This document shows, piece after piece, positions 9,041 through 18,851 of a stretch of 64,000 nt of DNA. The notes below the pieces were generated by a model that had not been told where the DNA came from, made no database searches, and was given only the letters and a program-made list of their open reading frames with translations. Position numbers and translations under genes: made by a program. The stretch's first letter is position 1. Each line of letters begins with the position of its first letter. Origin of the DNA: an uncultured Verrucomicrobiae bacterium (lineage in GTDB: Bacteria; Verrucomicrobiota; Verrucomicrobiia; Limisphaerales; Palsa-1400); assembly GCA_963702845.1 (NCBI GenBank), contig OY969763.1, positions 2,240,001 through 2,304,000 of the forward strand, given 5' to 3'.

Positions 9041-9615
9041 TGCGTTTTCTCCGGTAGCACGGGCGTTGCTTCGATATCCACCACCTCGCCGGGCAACGGC
9101 TCGCCATAAATCTTCTCCAGCGCGACCGTGACCTCGACGCGCACCATTGGCAAATCGTCACCGTTATCGCGCTCGCCGTTCGTGCCAAGCCCTGTCGCCA
9201 GCCGCCCGAGCTTGCTCGCGATCTCCAGCATTCGCGCGATGTCCGAGAGATTCGCATAAACCTTTTCGCGCGCCATGTAGGCATCGAGACCCCGTTGCGC
9301 CGCAGCAATCGCACGCTCATGCATTGCCCATTCCGTCTCGCGCAACTTCTGCTCGCGCCCCTCCCACTCCGCCGCCTTGCTTCGCGCCGTCGCCTCGATC
9401 GCCTCGCGCTCCACAATCGCCAGATGCGCCGAGTGCGCCTGCACTCGCGCCGACCAATCAAACCGCCGCGACCACTTTTCCATTTGCCCCTTACTCTTGC
9501 CTAACTTTTGCCCTACCAATTCCAGCGACCGCTCTGGGCCCATTCCGAGATACAATCCAAACGCCGCAAACGCTTTAGCTGACTCTTTCGGCTGTTGCTC
9601 AAAAATTAACGCCAT
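9037..9615 (-). CDS. putative terminase small subunit (HTH)
   Basis: ESAKAFAAF..YL.MGPERSL...WSRRFDW.ARV HTH; overlaps the terL start by 4 bp. Confidence 0.65.
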   Translation of the reverse strand: MALIFEQQPKESAKAFAAFGLYLGMGPERSLELVGQKLGKSKGQMEKWSRRFDWSARVQAHSAHLAIVEREAIEATARSKAAEWEGREQKLRETEWAMHERAIAAAQRGLDAYMAREKVYANLSDIARMLEIASKLGRLATGLGTNGERDNGDDLPMVRVEVTVALEKIYGEPLPGEVVDIEATPVLPEKTQ

Positions 9616-9657
9616 AGTCCAAACTCCTTTTCAACAATGCCCCGTCGCGTGAAAACC

Positions 9658-9813
9658 ACGGACGCTACGGACGCATCTCCGCCATACCTTTTTATAAAAT
9701 TTTGTTTTCTCCCCACGCGCGTGCGGAGGTGGAAATGATCCGTCCGAACCGTCCGAGATTCCGTCCCCTTTGAAATCTCAAACGACTTGTATCCATGCGT
9801 CCGAACCGTCCGA
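9658..9813. repeat. iteron-type replication origin
   Basis: CGTCCG repeats (cgtccgaaccgtccga at 9741 and 9798; inverted acggacg at 9658 and 9667) around an AT-rich tract, directly downstream of the helicase. Confidence 0.65.
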
Positions 9814-9829
9814 CAACTCATCCATAGAT

Positions 9830-11380
9830 TTATGTGCATCGGATTCCTTTCCAGCCGCGTTGCGGCTTTTCGGCGTCGTCGGGGATGTCATGCCTGACCG
9901 TTAACCCATGCAGCCTGGTCATCGTGTCACCAATCACATTTGAGAACTTCTTTTTCGCCATCACCGTCCAACTCCGCTCATTACAGAAGCCAACATATTT
10001 CTCGTAACACTGCGCCACCGTCAGCGACGCCTCCGCGTCTTTGCAGACACACTCAGTGACAAAGACCACATCCGCTTCGGATTCCATCAGAAGATCGTCG
10101 ACCGTCGTTTGTTGTCGGGATGTCAGCCGAAGCTGCCATTCGTCGGCTCGAATCTTTTCCAACCCTGCCAGCATCCAATTCAGCACCCCCGAACCTTCAT
10201 CGGCGAGGATTCGCTCGCTCAAATCCGCAATGACATTCGTCGTTTTCGGTTTCCGATATTCAATGATTGCCAACCGTCGGCGCCACGCGTCCGCGTCGCC
10301 CTCCAGTCGCACCGTTAGCCGCGAATTGCAGGTTGCAATCGCATTGAACCGGCAAGTGATTTCCGGCCGTTCATTACTGCCCTTAAATTCCAGGGTGACC
10401 GGATCACCACCCGTCAACGCCTTCAGAACCGATGCGCCTTTGCAGTTGAGAAAATTGTCCGGCACATCCGCACCGTAGAGGAGCGATTTTCCGAGCAACC
10501 GTCCCAACTCAAAACGTTCCGCCAACAAATCCGGTCGCACCGTCCCCACGTTCCTGGCTCCAATGATCCCGACAATCACACGGATCAGCGTCCCCTTCCC
10601 TCCGCCGGCCGTGCCGGTAAGAATGACGAACCGCTGCGCTAGGTTGACGCCAATCAGGGCCAGACCACACCAACGTTGCAGTAGTTCGATGTCTTCAGGT
10701 TCAAGCGCAGGCTCTAATAGCGTTTTCAGAAACAAAGGGCACTCAGCACCCGCACGAAATTCTACCCCAAGCTTATTCCGTCGCCGGTATTGCGGGCCGA
10801 AGTCGAGCAGCGTTCTGTCAGAAACGCGGAGCACGCCGTTTTTACACGGAACAAACTCCATCAAATCGGTTTGGAAAAAATCGGGACCGACCTCCAGCAA
10901 ACCGCGCGCTCGCGTCATAACCCCTTTCAGATTCGCCGAGTCCCGAAACTTAAATTCCAAATTCCGCACATCAAACTTCGGGGCGCAGTCGCGCGCACAA
11001 TTCAGCAGCAGCTCGCTCAACCTCGCTGTAAGCAGCGGTTCGCGTGTCTCGCAATAAATCCCCTCCTCCGGCGTATAGGTATAGAAGCGGTCCTCTGCCG
11101 CCGCAAAAACAGTCGGCCATTCTTTAGAACCGTCCTCACCCAGAGACGCCGCCAGAAAATCTTCCGACAAATCTTTGACGAACGGCTTTTCGCCCTCTTT
11201 GACCGGCACGACCTCTTGCGCCGCCGAACCATATTTGTTTTCCAAAGCCGGATATTTCGCCGCGAACCACGCCGCCGGAGTGTCCGGCGTTGCAGTGCCC
11301 GAGGGAATAGCGCCAGCGGGCGCGGCCTCAACTCCATTCGATTTCGCCCACTCCTGTAATTTCTCCAACGGCTCATTCAT
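9830..11380 (-). CDS. P4-family/D5-like SF3 helicase (phage/plasmid primase C-terminal type)
   Basis: PCKNGVL, Walker A GTAGGGKGT, LKALTGGDPV, AWRRRL motifs. Confidence 0.88.
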   Translation of the reverse strand: MNEPLEKLQEWAKSNGVEAAPAGAIPSGTATPDTPAAWFAAKYPALENKYGSAAQEVVPVKEGEKPFVKDLSEDFLAASLGEDGSKEWPTVFAAAEDRFYTYTPEEGIYCETREPLLTARLSELLLNCARDCAPKFDVRNLEFKFRDSANLKGVMTRARGLLEVGPDFFQTDLMEFVPCKNGVLRVSDRTLLDFGPQYRRRNKLGVEFRAGAECPLFLKTLLEPALEPEDIELLQRWCGLALIGVNLAQRFVILTGTAGGGKGTLIRVIVGIIGARNVGTVRPDLLAERFELGRLLGKSLLYGADVPDNFLNCKGASVLKALTGGDPVTLEFKGSNERPEITCRFNAIATCNSRLTVRLEGDADAWRRRLAIIEYRKPKTTNVIADLSERILADEGSGVLNWMLAGLEKIRADEWQLRLTSRQQTTVDDLLMESEADVVFVTECVCKDAEASLTVAQCYEKYVGFCNERSWTVMAKKKFSNVIGDTMTRLHGLTVRHDIPDDAEKPQRGWKGIRCT

Positions 11381-12427
11381 GCCGCCACCTCCGGTGAGTA
11401 AAGCGCCACTCGCGCCCCTTGTTTCTCAATCGGAACGCCAGTCGGTTTCGGGTTGAGATACATCAGCCGTTGCAACCGCTCGCCTCGCATCGCCTGCGGC
11501 AACCGTGTCAAACGAACCGCCGACAACGCGCCCGGATCAGCCCCAAGCGTCACCAGCACCGGCTTCATTTTTCTGACAATCGAATCCCAGTCGCTTTTCG
11601 TCGCCGCATCAATCCGCACCAGCGCGTGAATCGATCGACCGCCCGAACTGCAAATGCAGGAAATCGGCAGCGGCATTTGCACCAGGCAACGCAACCACTC
11701 ATCCGGATTCGCTTCGTCACTTTCCAAAACGACGTATCGCCATGCCGTCACGGATTCTTCTGACCGCCGCGACATCTTCCCGCCGAGGCGGGGATTCTGA
11801 TGAAACACGCCGTCCACCGGTTGCGGCAGGAACCAAACGCCATCCGGGCCAGTCGGTAAATCTCGATTCTGAATCTCGTCATTGCGCTCCGTTTCCCAAA
11901 CAAACTGCCCTTGCGACTTCATGTCCGAAAAAATCAGGAGGCGTTCGCCCACATTTTTTTTGTAGAGCCACCGCAAGACACTCGCGCTGTCCTGCCTGTC
12001 AACTTGCACCGGCGACAGTCGCCCCGATTGCCGCAACAACGTCCCGGATCGTCACTTTTTCCGCGACCCGTTTCAAAACCTTCGGACAAAACGCCGGTTT
12101 GCGAACCGGTTGAACAGCAATCGCTCGTGCAGACGGAGTCGGCGCGCTTTCTGGATTTCCATCTCCCGAGAGATGACCCCGCGCAAACGCATGTTGTGCA
12201 TTTGCTGCCGACGTGATTTTGTGGATCAAATCGGATTCCGACCATGGCGGCACGCAACCTCGATTCCACTCCCGCAACAACACCAGCGCATCCGGTTCTG
12301 ATAGCGCAAAACCCCACGCTAAAATCGACGCGACATGAAACGTCGCATCATGCCCGTGCTGACCGCTGACCGCGACCGGACACTTTGCGATATACCGCCG
12401 CGCCCGTTCAAAGATAGGCAAGCTCAT
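11377..12427 (-). CDS. primase (PriCT-like N-terminus plus AEP/RepB-like domain), split by a +1 frameshift near 12030
   Basis: ORFs 11999-12427 (EWN..C.PPWSE.DL.HKI.SA) and 11377-12039 (VLESDE, SSGGRSIHA) overlap in adjacent frames. Confidence 0.7.
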
Positions 12428-12504
12428 GGTGTGTGTTGCCTACCCGCGTTCCTGAAAAGATCAGCGGCACCGATGCACCGCCCGCGAGGAAGCTTATGAA
12501 GTCG

Positions 12505-12747
12505 TTAGTTCGCCACTGGAGCGGATTGAGCCAACGTCCGACCGCGAACGAGCCGCGTGCCGGCAAGCGCCGCCCGGACCATATCGACATCAAAGAACAC
12601 TAGATGCCCGATTCGGATATGGGGAATCGCCTTCGCTTTGGTTTGAGAGCGCAGCCAGCGAATACTCGGTTTGCACTCGGGGGTGAACACTTCAGCAAGC
12701 ATTTGCTCTGCGTTCACCAGTTTTCCATTTACAGCTTTTTCGTTCAT
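12505..12747 (-). CDS. excisionase/AlpA-like DNA-binding protein
   Basis: 80 aa from MNEKAV; PSIRWLR...IPHIRIGHLVFFD winged-HTH signature. Confidence 0.75.
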   Translation of the reverse strand: MNEKAVNGKLVNAEQMLAEVFTPECKPSIRWLRSQTKAKAIPHIRIGHLVFFDVDMVRAALAGTRLVRGRTLAQSAPVAN

Positions 12748-12913
12748 TTCTAATACTCCGCAGTCAACGCTCCGCCTCCGCCCGGCTTGCCTTGCTCCGC
12801 TCCTGCGAATGCCGCTCACCGAATCTCTGCGCTGCGTCGCGTTGCCGGATATGTATGACAGATATGTATAAAAGGAGTAGATATTTAATGCGTATATGCT
12901 ATGCATCAGCTGA

Positions 12914-13648
12914 ATGAGAATATCGCCGCAGCGCCACACCCTAGCCGTCCTCCGCTCAATTATCGGCATTACGCAGAAGGAAATGGCGCAAGTTGCAGAA
13001 TGCTCTCCGCCTACCATTCAAGCCATCGAGCTGGGTAAGTTGAAGCTCAGCGAAAAGCTGGGCGGATTGATCGCGCTACGCACTGGCGTCGCGTTGAAGT
13101 GGCTTTTAGATGACAACGTTGCATCAGCTCCCGTTACCGACGAGGGTCATCCATTCACCAAAGACGTCTACCACCAGACCCAGGCATTTATTAACGCGCC
13201 ATCGCCGCCGCAATTCTCTTTGTTCCAGCCGATGGTTTCGTTTCAGTCCAACGTGTTTCGTTTGGCCAGCATCCTCTTAAAAGCACACAAGGATAAGAAG
13301 GTCACCCTTTGCGCATACAAAATTGCTAAAGCCATGGACGAACTGGATCGCGAGTTCGGCATAACCGACGACGACAGAGCCTTCTTCGCAACTAAAATGC
13401 TTGCCCCCAATCCCAACAAGCCGACGGGGTCACCCGGCGACACGCTGTTTACCACTTTCAACAAAACCATCCAATCGCTCAGCCCGAAATATAAGTCACC
13501 GGCATACGACGAACCTCTCCGTTTCACCATCACGCCGGACGGACAAGTCACTCAGTCGACCGCTCCGGACATTCAAGCCTTGGCGAAATCAGCGAAGAAT
13601 CGTCACGCAAAAAAAGCTGCGAAGAAGAAAAGCCCGCGTAATCAGTAG
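12914..13648 (+). CDS. XRE-family HTH repressor
   Basis: LRSIIGITQKEMAQ...TIQAIELGK HTH_3 motif; divergent from the Xis-like gene. Confidence 0.8.
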   Translation: MRISPQRHTLAVLRSIIGITQKEMAQVAECSPPTIQAIELGKLKLSEKLGGLIALRTGVALKWLLDDNVASAPVTDEGHPFTKDVYHQTQAFINAPSPPQFSLFQPMVSFQSNVFRLASILLKAHKDKKVTLCAYKIAKAMDELDREFGITDDDRAFFATKMLAPNPNKPTGSPGDTLFTTFNKTIQSLSPKYKSPAYDEPLRFTITPDGQVTQSTAPDIQALAKSAKNRHAKKAAKKKSPRNQ

Positions 13649-13689
13649 ATGAGTAATCGTTGGAAAGAGCTGCGAAACAGGCCTAAAAA

Positions 13690-13710
13690 TTTGCCCAATT
13701 ATTTGCCCAA
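13690..13710. repeat. arm-type integrase-binding-like direct repeat TTTGCCCAA x2
   Basis: Copies at 13690-13698 and 13702-13710, about 125 bp from the tRNA 3' end. Confidence 0.45.
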
Positions 13711-13834
13711 AATCGTTCACTTTTCGGCAAATACTTTCCCTTTCTCGCATTTTGCTTCACCGACCGACAAAAACCAAAACAGCAAGCAAACCCTTTATTT
13801 GCAGTGGTTTTAACGATTTCCACGTAGAAAAGAA

Positions 13835-13909
13835 TGGAGCCAGCTGTCGGGATTGAACCGACGACCGACGGTTTACAAAACCGTTGCTCTACCACTGAGC
13901 TAAGCTGGC
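13835..13909 (-). tRNA. tRNA-Thr(TGT)
   Basis: GCCAGCTTAGCTCAGTGGTAGAGCAACGGTTTTGTAAACCGTCGGTCGTCGGTTCAATCCCGACAGCTGGCTCCA; cloverleaf, TGT anticodon, encoded CCA. Confidence 0.97.
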
Positions 13910-13921
13910 CAAGTGCGGCGT

Positions 13922-13950
13922 AATATGGGGGCACGCTGGCTGAAATTCAA
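13922..13950 (-). promoter_or_regulatory. sigma70-like promoter of the tRNA
   Basis: TTGAAT-17 bp-CATATT, 12 bp upstream of the tRNA. Confidence 0.5.
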
Positions 13951-13995
13951 GGATTCAGTCCGCGTTTGTGATCAGAATTTTCGCGCTGCGGCCGC

Positions 13996-15303
13996 TTACG
14001 CCTTATACATCTTCAATTTCCACGGACTGCGATATTCGCGCTCGTAGGAAATGCAGTGTTTTACGTCGCTGTGATTGGTGATATCCTGCTTCGCGGCGTC
14101 CCATTGGACGGTCTTGCCGCATTCGTAGGAAATGTTGCCGAGGTGGCAAAGCATTGTTGTTTTGGCCATCGATTCGATGCCAGAACGTGGCGTTTCGCGC
14201 GTTTTGACGCAATCGAGGAAGTTTTGCCAATGAACGCTTTCGGTGCGCTCCAGTTTGGGCGGTTCTTCGACCTTCTTCGGATCACCGTTCGGGAAGAATT
14301 GATAACCTTCACGATCAACAATGAGCGTTCCTTTGGTCCCGATGAATTCGGAGCCGTGACTGCGACCGCCATCGACGCCGCGTTGATTGTTGAAGCGGTA
14401 TTCCCAATTCATCGTGAATTTCGGGAATTGATAGATCGCCTGCATCGTGTCCGGCGTATCGCGATCGTCGTCCATCGTGAACTTGCCGCCGCTAGTCGCG
14501 ACGCGGGTCGGTTCCTGTTGCATCGCGAGCAGGACGATGTCGATCATGTGGACGCCCCAATCGGTCATGAGACCGCCGCCGTATTCGTAAAACCAGCGCC
14601 ATGTATAATGACAACGGTTTGGCTGATACGGGCGTTTTGGCGCGGGCCCGAGCCACATGTCGTAATCGAGACCGGCTGGAACAGGTTGCGGGCTTTGATG
14701 GCCGATCGATTTATCCTGACCGGTAATCCATGCACGGCAGATATTGATGTCGCCCATCTTTCCAGACTGCACATATTCAATCGCTTTCTGGAAATGGTTC
14801 ATGCTGCGCTGCCAGGTGCCGATTTGCACAACCGGTTTGAAATGCCGCGCGGCGCTCAACATTGCTTTAGCTTCGACGAAACTTTGCGAAATTGGTTTTT
14901 CGCAGTAAATATCCTTCCCAGCTTCGCACGCTGCGATGAAAGGAATCGCGTGCCAATGGTCGGGCGTGCCGATGATGACCGCGTTGATATCTTTTTGTTC
15001 GAGCAGCTTGCGAAAATCTTTGTAACGCTTCGGAGCCGGTTGCCCCTTTTTCGTCACTTCATCCGAAGCGCGATCCATGTGTTTTTCGTCGACGTCGCAC
15101 ACCGCGGCAATCGAAATGCCGAGATCGAGAAAATGTTTCATATTCTCGCGGCCCATGCCACCACAACCGATGAGCCCCATCACCACGCGGTCATTCGCGC
15201 CTTTCGCCTGAGCATAAATGCGAGGCGCTAAGGAAAGGCCGAGGCCGAGGCCGGCGGCGGCAGTGCTGGTGCGGGTGAGGAATTGACGACGTGTAGTATT
15301 CAT
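13996..15303 (-). CDS. Tat-exported Gfo/Idh/MocA oxidoreductase
   Basis: TRRQFL signal, IGCGGMG, TPDHWH, YCEKP. Confidence 0.92.
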   Translation of the reverse strand: MNTTRRQFLTRTSTAAAGLGLGLSLAPRIYAQAKGANDRVVMGLIGCGGMGRENMKHFLDLGISIAAVCDVDEKHMDRASDEVTKKGQPAPKRYKDFRKLLEQKDINAVIIGTPDHWHAIPFIAACEAGKDIYCEKPISQSFVEAKAMLSAARHFKPVVQIGTWQRSMNHFQKAIEYVQSGKMGDINICRAWITGQDKSIGHQSPQPVPAGLDYDMWLGPAPKRPYQPNRCHYTWRWFYEYGGGLMTDWGVHMIDIVLLAMQQEPTRVATSGGKFTMDDDRDTPDTMQAIYQFPKFTMNWEYRFNNQRGVDGGRSHGSEFIGTKGTLIVDREGYQFFPNGDPKKVEEPPKLERTESVHWQNFLDCVKTRETPRSGIESMAKTTMLCHLGNISYECGKTVQWDAAKQDITNHSDVKHCISYEREYRSPWKLKMYKA

Positions 15304-15382
15304 GGGCTACGCAGTTTAGGAGACGTTGTGAGCTGAGGTCAAATTTACAATTTTATTTTTGGCAGGACGTTAGCCCTCTTGG

Positions 15383-16684
15383 TCATTTCGGGGTCACTAC
15401 ATTCAATCCGATTTGAGCGCGGTCTTGGGCGTGGTTGATAACGAGGTTCTGGCCGCGCAGACGGTTGCCGACAATGATCGCAGCGTCCATTGCGTTTTCA
15501 ATCACGACTTGGGTTTTGCCGAGATCGATGAAATCGCAATTGCTCACGGTGACACCGCCGCGTTTGGCGTGGATGGCGGGAGCTTTGACATCTTTTTGGC
15601 CCCAACCGATGAAATGGCAACTGTTGAATGTCACGTGGCCGGAGCCATTGAGCATAGCATGGTAGTCGGTTGTGGCGATTCCCCAAAAACCGCAGGCAGT
15701 AAATTTCACGGGACCGGAATTTGATTCCGCGACTTCGACACCAGACATGAACTGGCCATTCACAAACGAAATCCCAGCGTGGGTCTGACTACTCTCGACG
15801 CGCACGGCAGTTGGGCCGATATCGGAACCGCATTGCGTGAGCAGACAATTGCCCGGGCCGCTTGCGCGTTGGGTGAATTGATAGCCGACGTGGTAACCAA
15901 TACAAAAGCAGTTGCTCAGGAATTCCCAATCGGTGCGGCAGAGAACGAATGCAATCGCTTCTTTGCGCATGAACTCGTAAAGCGGCCCGTCCCATCCGCC
16001 CCAGAACGACCAGAAATGGACGTTCTCAATGCGTCCGACGTCGTAACATTGGTCGACAAAAAGTCCGCGATAAAGTGGTTGGCCGTAAAGGCCGCTGATG
16101 AAATGTCGCCCAGCCGGTGTGGTTCCGAAATCAACTCCTTGATACGGATTCACCAGCAGCACGTTCAGCAAAGAAATGTTGTCGCCACTGCCGCGAATCG
16201 TCCATGGATACGCTACCGGCGGATTTGTCAGCGTCTGTTCGGGATAAAAAATCGTCATGCCACGGAGCGACGAATTGACCTGAAGCGTAATGAAGGGTGT
16301 GCCATCGGCCTTGCCGGCGTCGGCGGTGGCGAGGAGAACGCTGCCATCGTGAGCATTCCGCGACGGCGCTTGCGAACAGCCCTCGAGACAGACATTCGGC
16401 GGAACCGTCAGATTGCCTTTAATGAGATAACGACCAAACGGAACAAAAACCGTTTTGATATTCCCACTGGAAGCGGTTTTTAGTGCAGTCGCGAACGCTT
16501 CCGTGTCGTCGGTTTTTCCATCAGCAGTTGCGCCGAAATCGCGGACATTCAGGGCCGCACCGTTCACTTGCGCAGGCGGAGTTTGCCCCTGCCCTTGTGT
16601 CGATGAGGCGCCAAGAACACCTGCAACTGCACCGAAACTGATTCCGGTGAGCCAATCGCGACGAGACAAATCTTTATTGGTCAC
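15383..16684 (-). CDS. Tat-exported pectate-lyase-3/GH28-related beta-helix protein
   Basis: SRRDWL, LNVRDFGATADGKTDDTEAF, VPFGRY; start codon approximate. Confidence 0.85.
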   Translation of the reverse strand: MTNKDLSRRDWLTGISFGAVAGVLGASSTQGQGQTPPAQVNGAALNVRDFGATADGKTDDTEAFATALKTASSGNIKTVFVPFGRYLIKGNLTVPPNVCLEGCSQAPSRNAHDGSVLLATADAGKADGTPFITLQVNSSLRGMTIFYPEQTLTNPPVAYPWTIRGSGDNISLLNVLLVNPYQGVDFGTTPAGRHFISGLYGQPLYRGLFVDQCYDVGRIENVHFWSFWGGWDGPLYEFMRKEAIAFVLCRTDWEFLSNCFCIGYHVGYQFTQRASGPGNCLLTQCGSDIGPTAVRVESSQTHAGISFVNGQFMSGVEVAESNSGPVKFTACGFWGIATTDYHAMLNGSGHVTFNSCHFIGWGQKDVKAPAIHAKRGGVTVSNCDFIDLGKTQVVIENAMDAAIIVGNRLRGQNLVINHAQDRAQIGLNVVTPK

Positions 16685-16789
16685 AAGTTATAGACAGAAT
16701 GAACGCAGTGATATTCACACAAGAGTAGGCGCTGATGATTTGATAAGAATCTCAAGCTGCAGGTGTCATCGACGGTAACGGATTGAAAC

Positions 16790-17986
16790 TCAGATTTTGA
16801 ATTGTGGGATTTTGAATAATTCGCCGTCTTTCATCGCGGACTTGTGCGCCACAATTCCCGCCACGGTCATATTTAATGCGGCGGCAATATCGACGAGCGG
16901 TTTACGATCTTGCAATATCGCGCTGACGAATTCGTTGCACAGATACCCATGCGACCCACCGTGGCCGCCCGGTGAAACACCCGGAGGCAACGGTGGCCGT
17001 TTGATCGAAGGAATTTGCGCCGCTGCAACTTCCGTGACGAACTCGCCGAAAAACGATCCCTTCTCGCCACGCATGCGTCCCATCTCACCGCCATGACCGG
17101 GAGTATCCCAACTCACTCCCATTCGCGACATTCCACCTTCACTCGTTCGGAAGAGCGCGATTTCGGTGCCGAACGGATTTTTGTAACGGTTCTTGTCCGG
17201 CTGCAAATAATCAAGACGGCTGCGCATTCCCTGGCATGAGACCTCGATGAAACTCCCGCCGGTGACGCATATATAATATGCATTGGAATGCGTCGGATAA
17301 AATTGCGGCGGCAACCCGATGCGCCAGCCCTTGAACGAATCGATCGGCTGCGGCATGAAATGGAAGTATTCGCCTTCGGAGTAAACGACTTTGCCGAATC
17401 CGCCTGCGTTATAGATTTGGCGCATGGCGTAGAGATCCTCGTGAAAGCACGACGTTTCAAACATCATGTATTTGAGGCCGCTCTTTTTAACCGCATCGAA
17501 CAACTTGTTCGCGTCCTCGATTGATCCAAACACTGCTGGCACCGCCGAAGCGACGTGTTTGCCATGTTTGAGCGCTTCCAAAGCGTGGCGCGCGTGACTT
17601 GGCGCATCCGTTGCGATGAAGACTGCTTCGATGCTGTCATCTTTCACCAACTCCTCAAGAGACGGATACGTCTTCGCACAACGACATTGTTTCGCCAACT
17701 CTGCGCAGCGGTCCGGCATTAAATCGCTGACTGCGACGACTTCGACGTTTGGGTGATCCTGGAACCCAAACGCAGAGCCGAATTTGCAAACACCATTTCC
17801 GATAATGCCGACGCGAATTTTGCGATCGGAGATCGGCTGCCAACCTGTGTGAGCGTCGGCTTTGTCTTTAGCGCGTTCAAAACCTTGAATTGTCTTTTCG
17901 GCGGCGCTCGCAGCAAAGCCAGCGGCCGCCGCAGACATCCCGGCGACTTGCAGGAAGGAACGTCGGGTAACTCGTTGAGTGGACAT
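16790..17986 (-). CDS. Tat-exported Gfo/Idh/MocA oxidoreductase
   Basis: TRRSFL, VGIIGNG, ATDAPSHA, GKHVASAVP, YSEGEY. Confidence 0.9.
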   Translation of the reverse strand: MSTQRVTRRSFLQVAGMSAAAAGFAASAAEKTIQGFERAKDKADAHTGWQPISDRKIRVGIIGNGVCKFGSAFGFQDHPNVEVVAVSDLMPDRCAELAKQCRCAKTYPSLEELVKDDSIEAVFIATDAPSHARHALEALKHGKHVASAVPAVFGSIEDANKLFDAVKKSGLKYMMFETSCFHEDLYAMRQIYNAGGFGKVVYSEGEYFHFMPQPIDSFKGWRIGLPPQFYPTHSNAYYICVTGGSFIEVSCQGMRSRLDYLQPDKNRYKNPFGTEIALFRTSEGGMSRMGVSWDTPGHGGEMGRMRGEKGSFFGEFVTEVAAAQIPSIKRPPLPPGVSPGGHGGSHGYLCNEFVSAILQDRKPLVDIAAALNMTVAGIVAHKSAMKDGELFKIPQFKI

Positions 17987-18184
17987 GCAGCCAGCATCCG
18001 AAGTCGCGAGCGCTCGTCAAGCGCAAACGCGACTCACCCACCCCTGTTTGAGACTTTTCATTATCCCGAAAAACGACTGTTGCCGGATTCCCGCGTAACC
18101 CTGTCAATGCGACGATATTAAGGAAACTGGGTACAGTCTCGGGCTTCTTCGCCTGTGACGCGGCTCACTAACAGAGATGGCCCA

Positions 18185-18851
18185 ATGGCGCAGATTTTCC
18201 GAAAAAGTGCCAACAGCTTCGCTCGCGCGACGCTTGCGGGAATTGTTTTGCTCGTGTTTGGCTTCTTCGGAGTCACGTACGCGGTTTATTGGTCGCCTTA
18301 CACGACGGATGTGCATGTGCCTCGCTCGCAGCCGGTCCCGTTCAGTCACCAGCATCACGTTTCTGGCCTCGGCCTGGATTGCAGATATTGCCACACGTCA
18401 GTTGAGAAGTCCTCCTTCGCCGGTATTCCTCCGACGGAGACCTGCATGACATGTCATTCGCAAGTCTGGCGTGACGCGCCGGTCTTGGCGCCCGTGCGGG
18501 AAAGTTTGGCAACCGGCACACCGTTGCATTGGAAGCGCGTGAATCAAACGCCCGATTTCGTATTTTTCAATCACAGTATTCACGTGACCAAAGGGATTGG
18601 TTGTTCCACCTGTCATGGCGCTGTCAATCAGATGCCCATCACGTGGAAAGAACACTCGCTCTACATGCGCTGGTGCCTCAATTGTCACGCCAATCCGCAA
18701 GAGCATCTGCGGGCGAAAAGTGAAATTTACAACATGTATGTGGAAAGCGCCCCCCGACCAGGCCCAGCGCGGACACGATTTGCTAAAAACGTATCACATC
18801 AGCCAACAACGCCTCGATCAACTGCGCGATTGCAGCATGTGCCACCGATGA
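18185..18851 (+). CDS. actA: alternative complex III pentaheme cytochrome c ActA (+1 frameshift near 18739)
   Basis: CRYCH, CMTCH, CSTCH and CLNCH in one frame; fifth CSMCH in the 18597-18851 frame. Confidence 0.85.

Larger units (their letters stand above)
1..13834 (-). mobile_element. tRNA-Thr-associated phage-satellite/prophage-like element (left end outside window)
   Basis: Repressor/Xis-like divergent pair, primase, P4/D5 helicase, iterons, terS, terL and portal directly downstream of the tRNA 3' end; no integrase or capsid seen in window. Confidence 0.75.
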
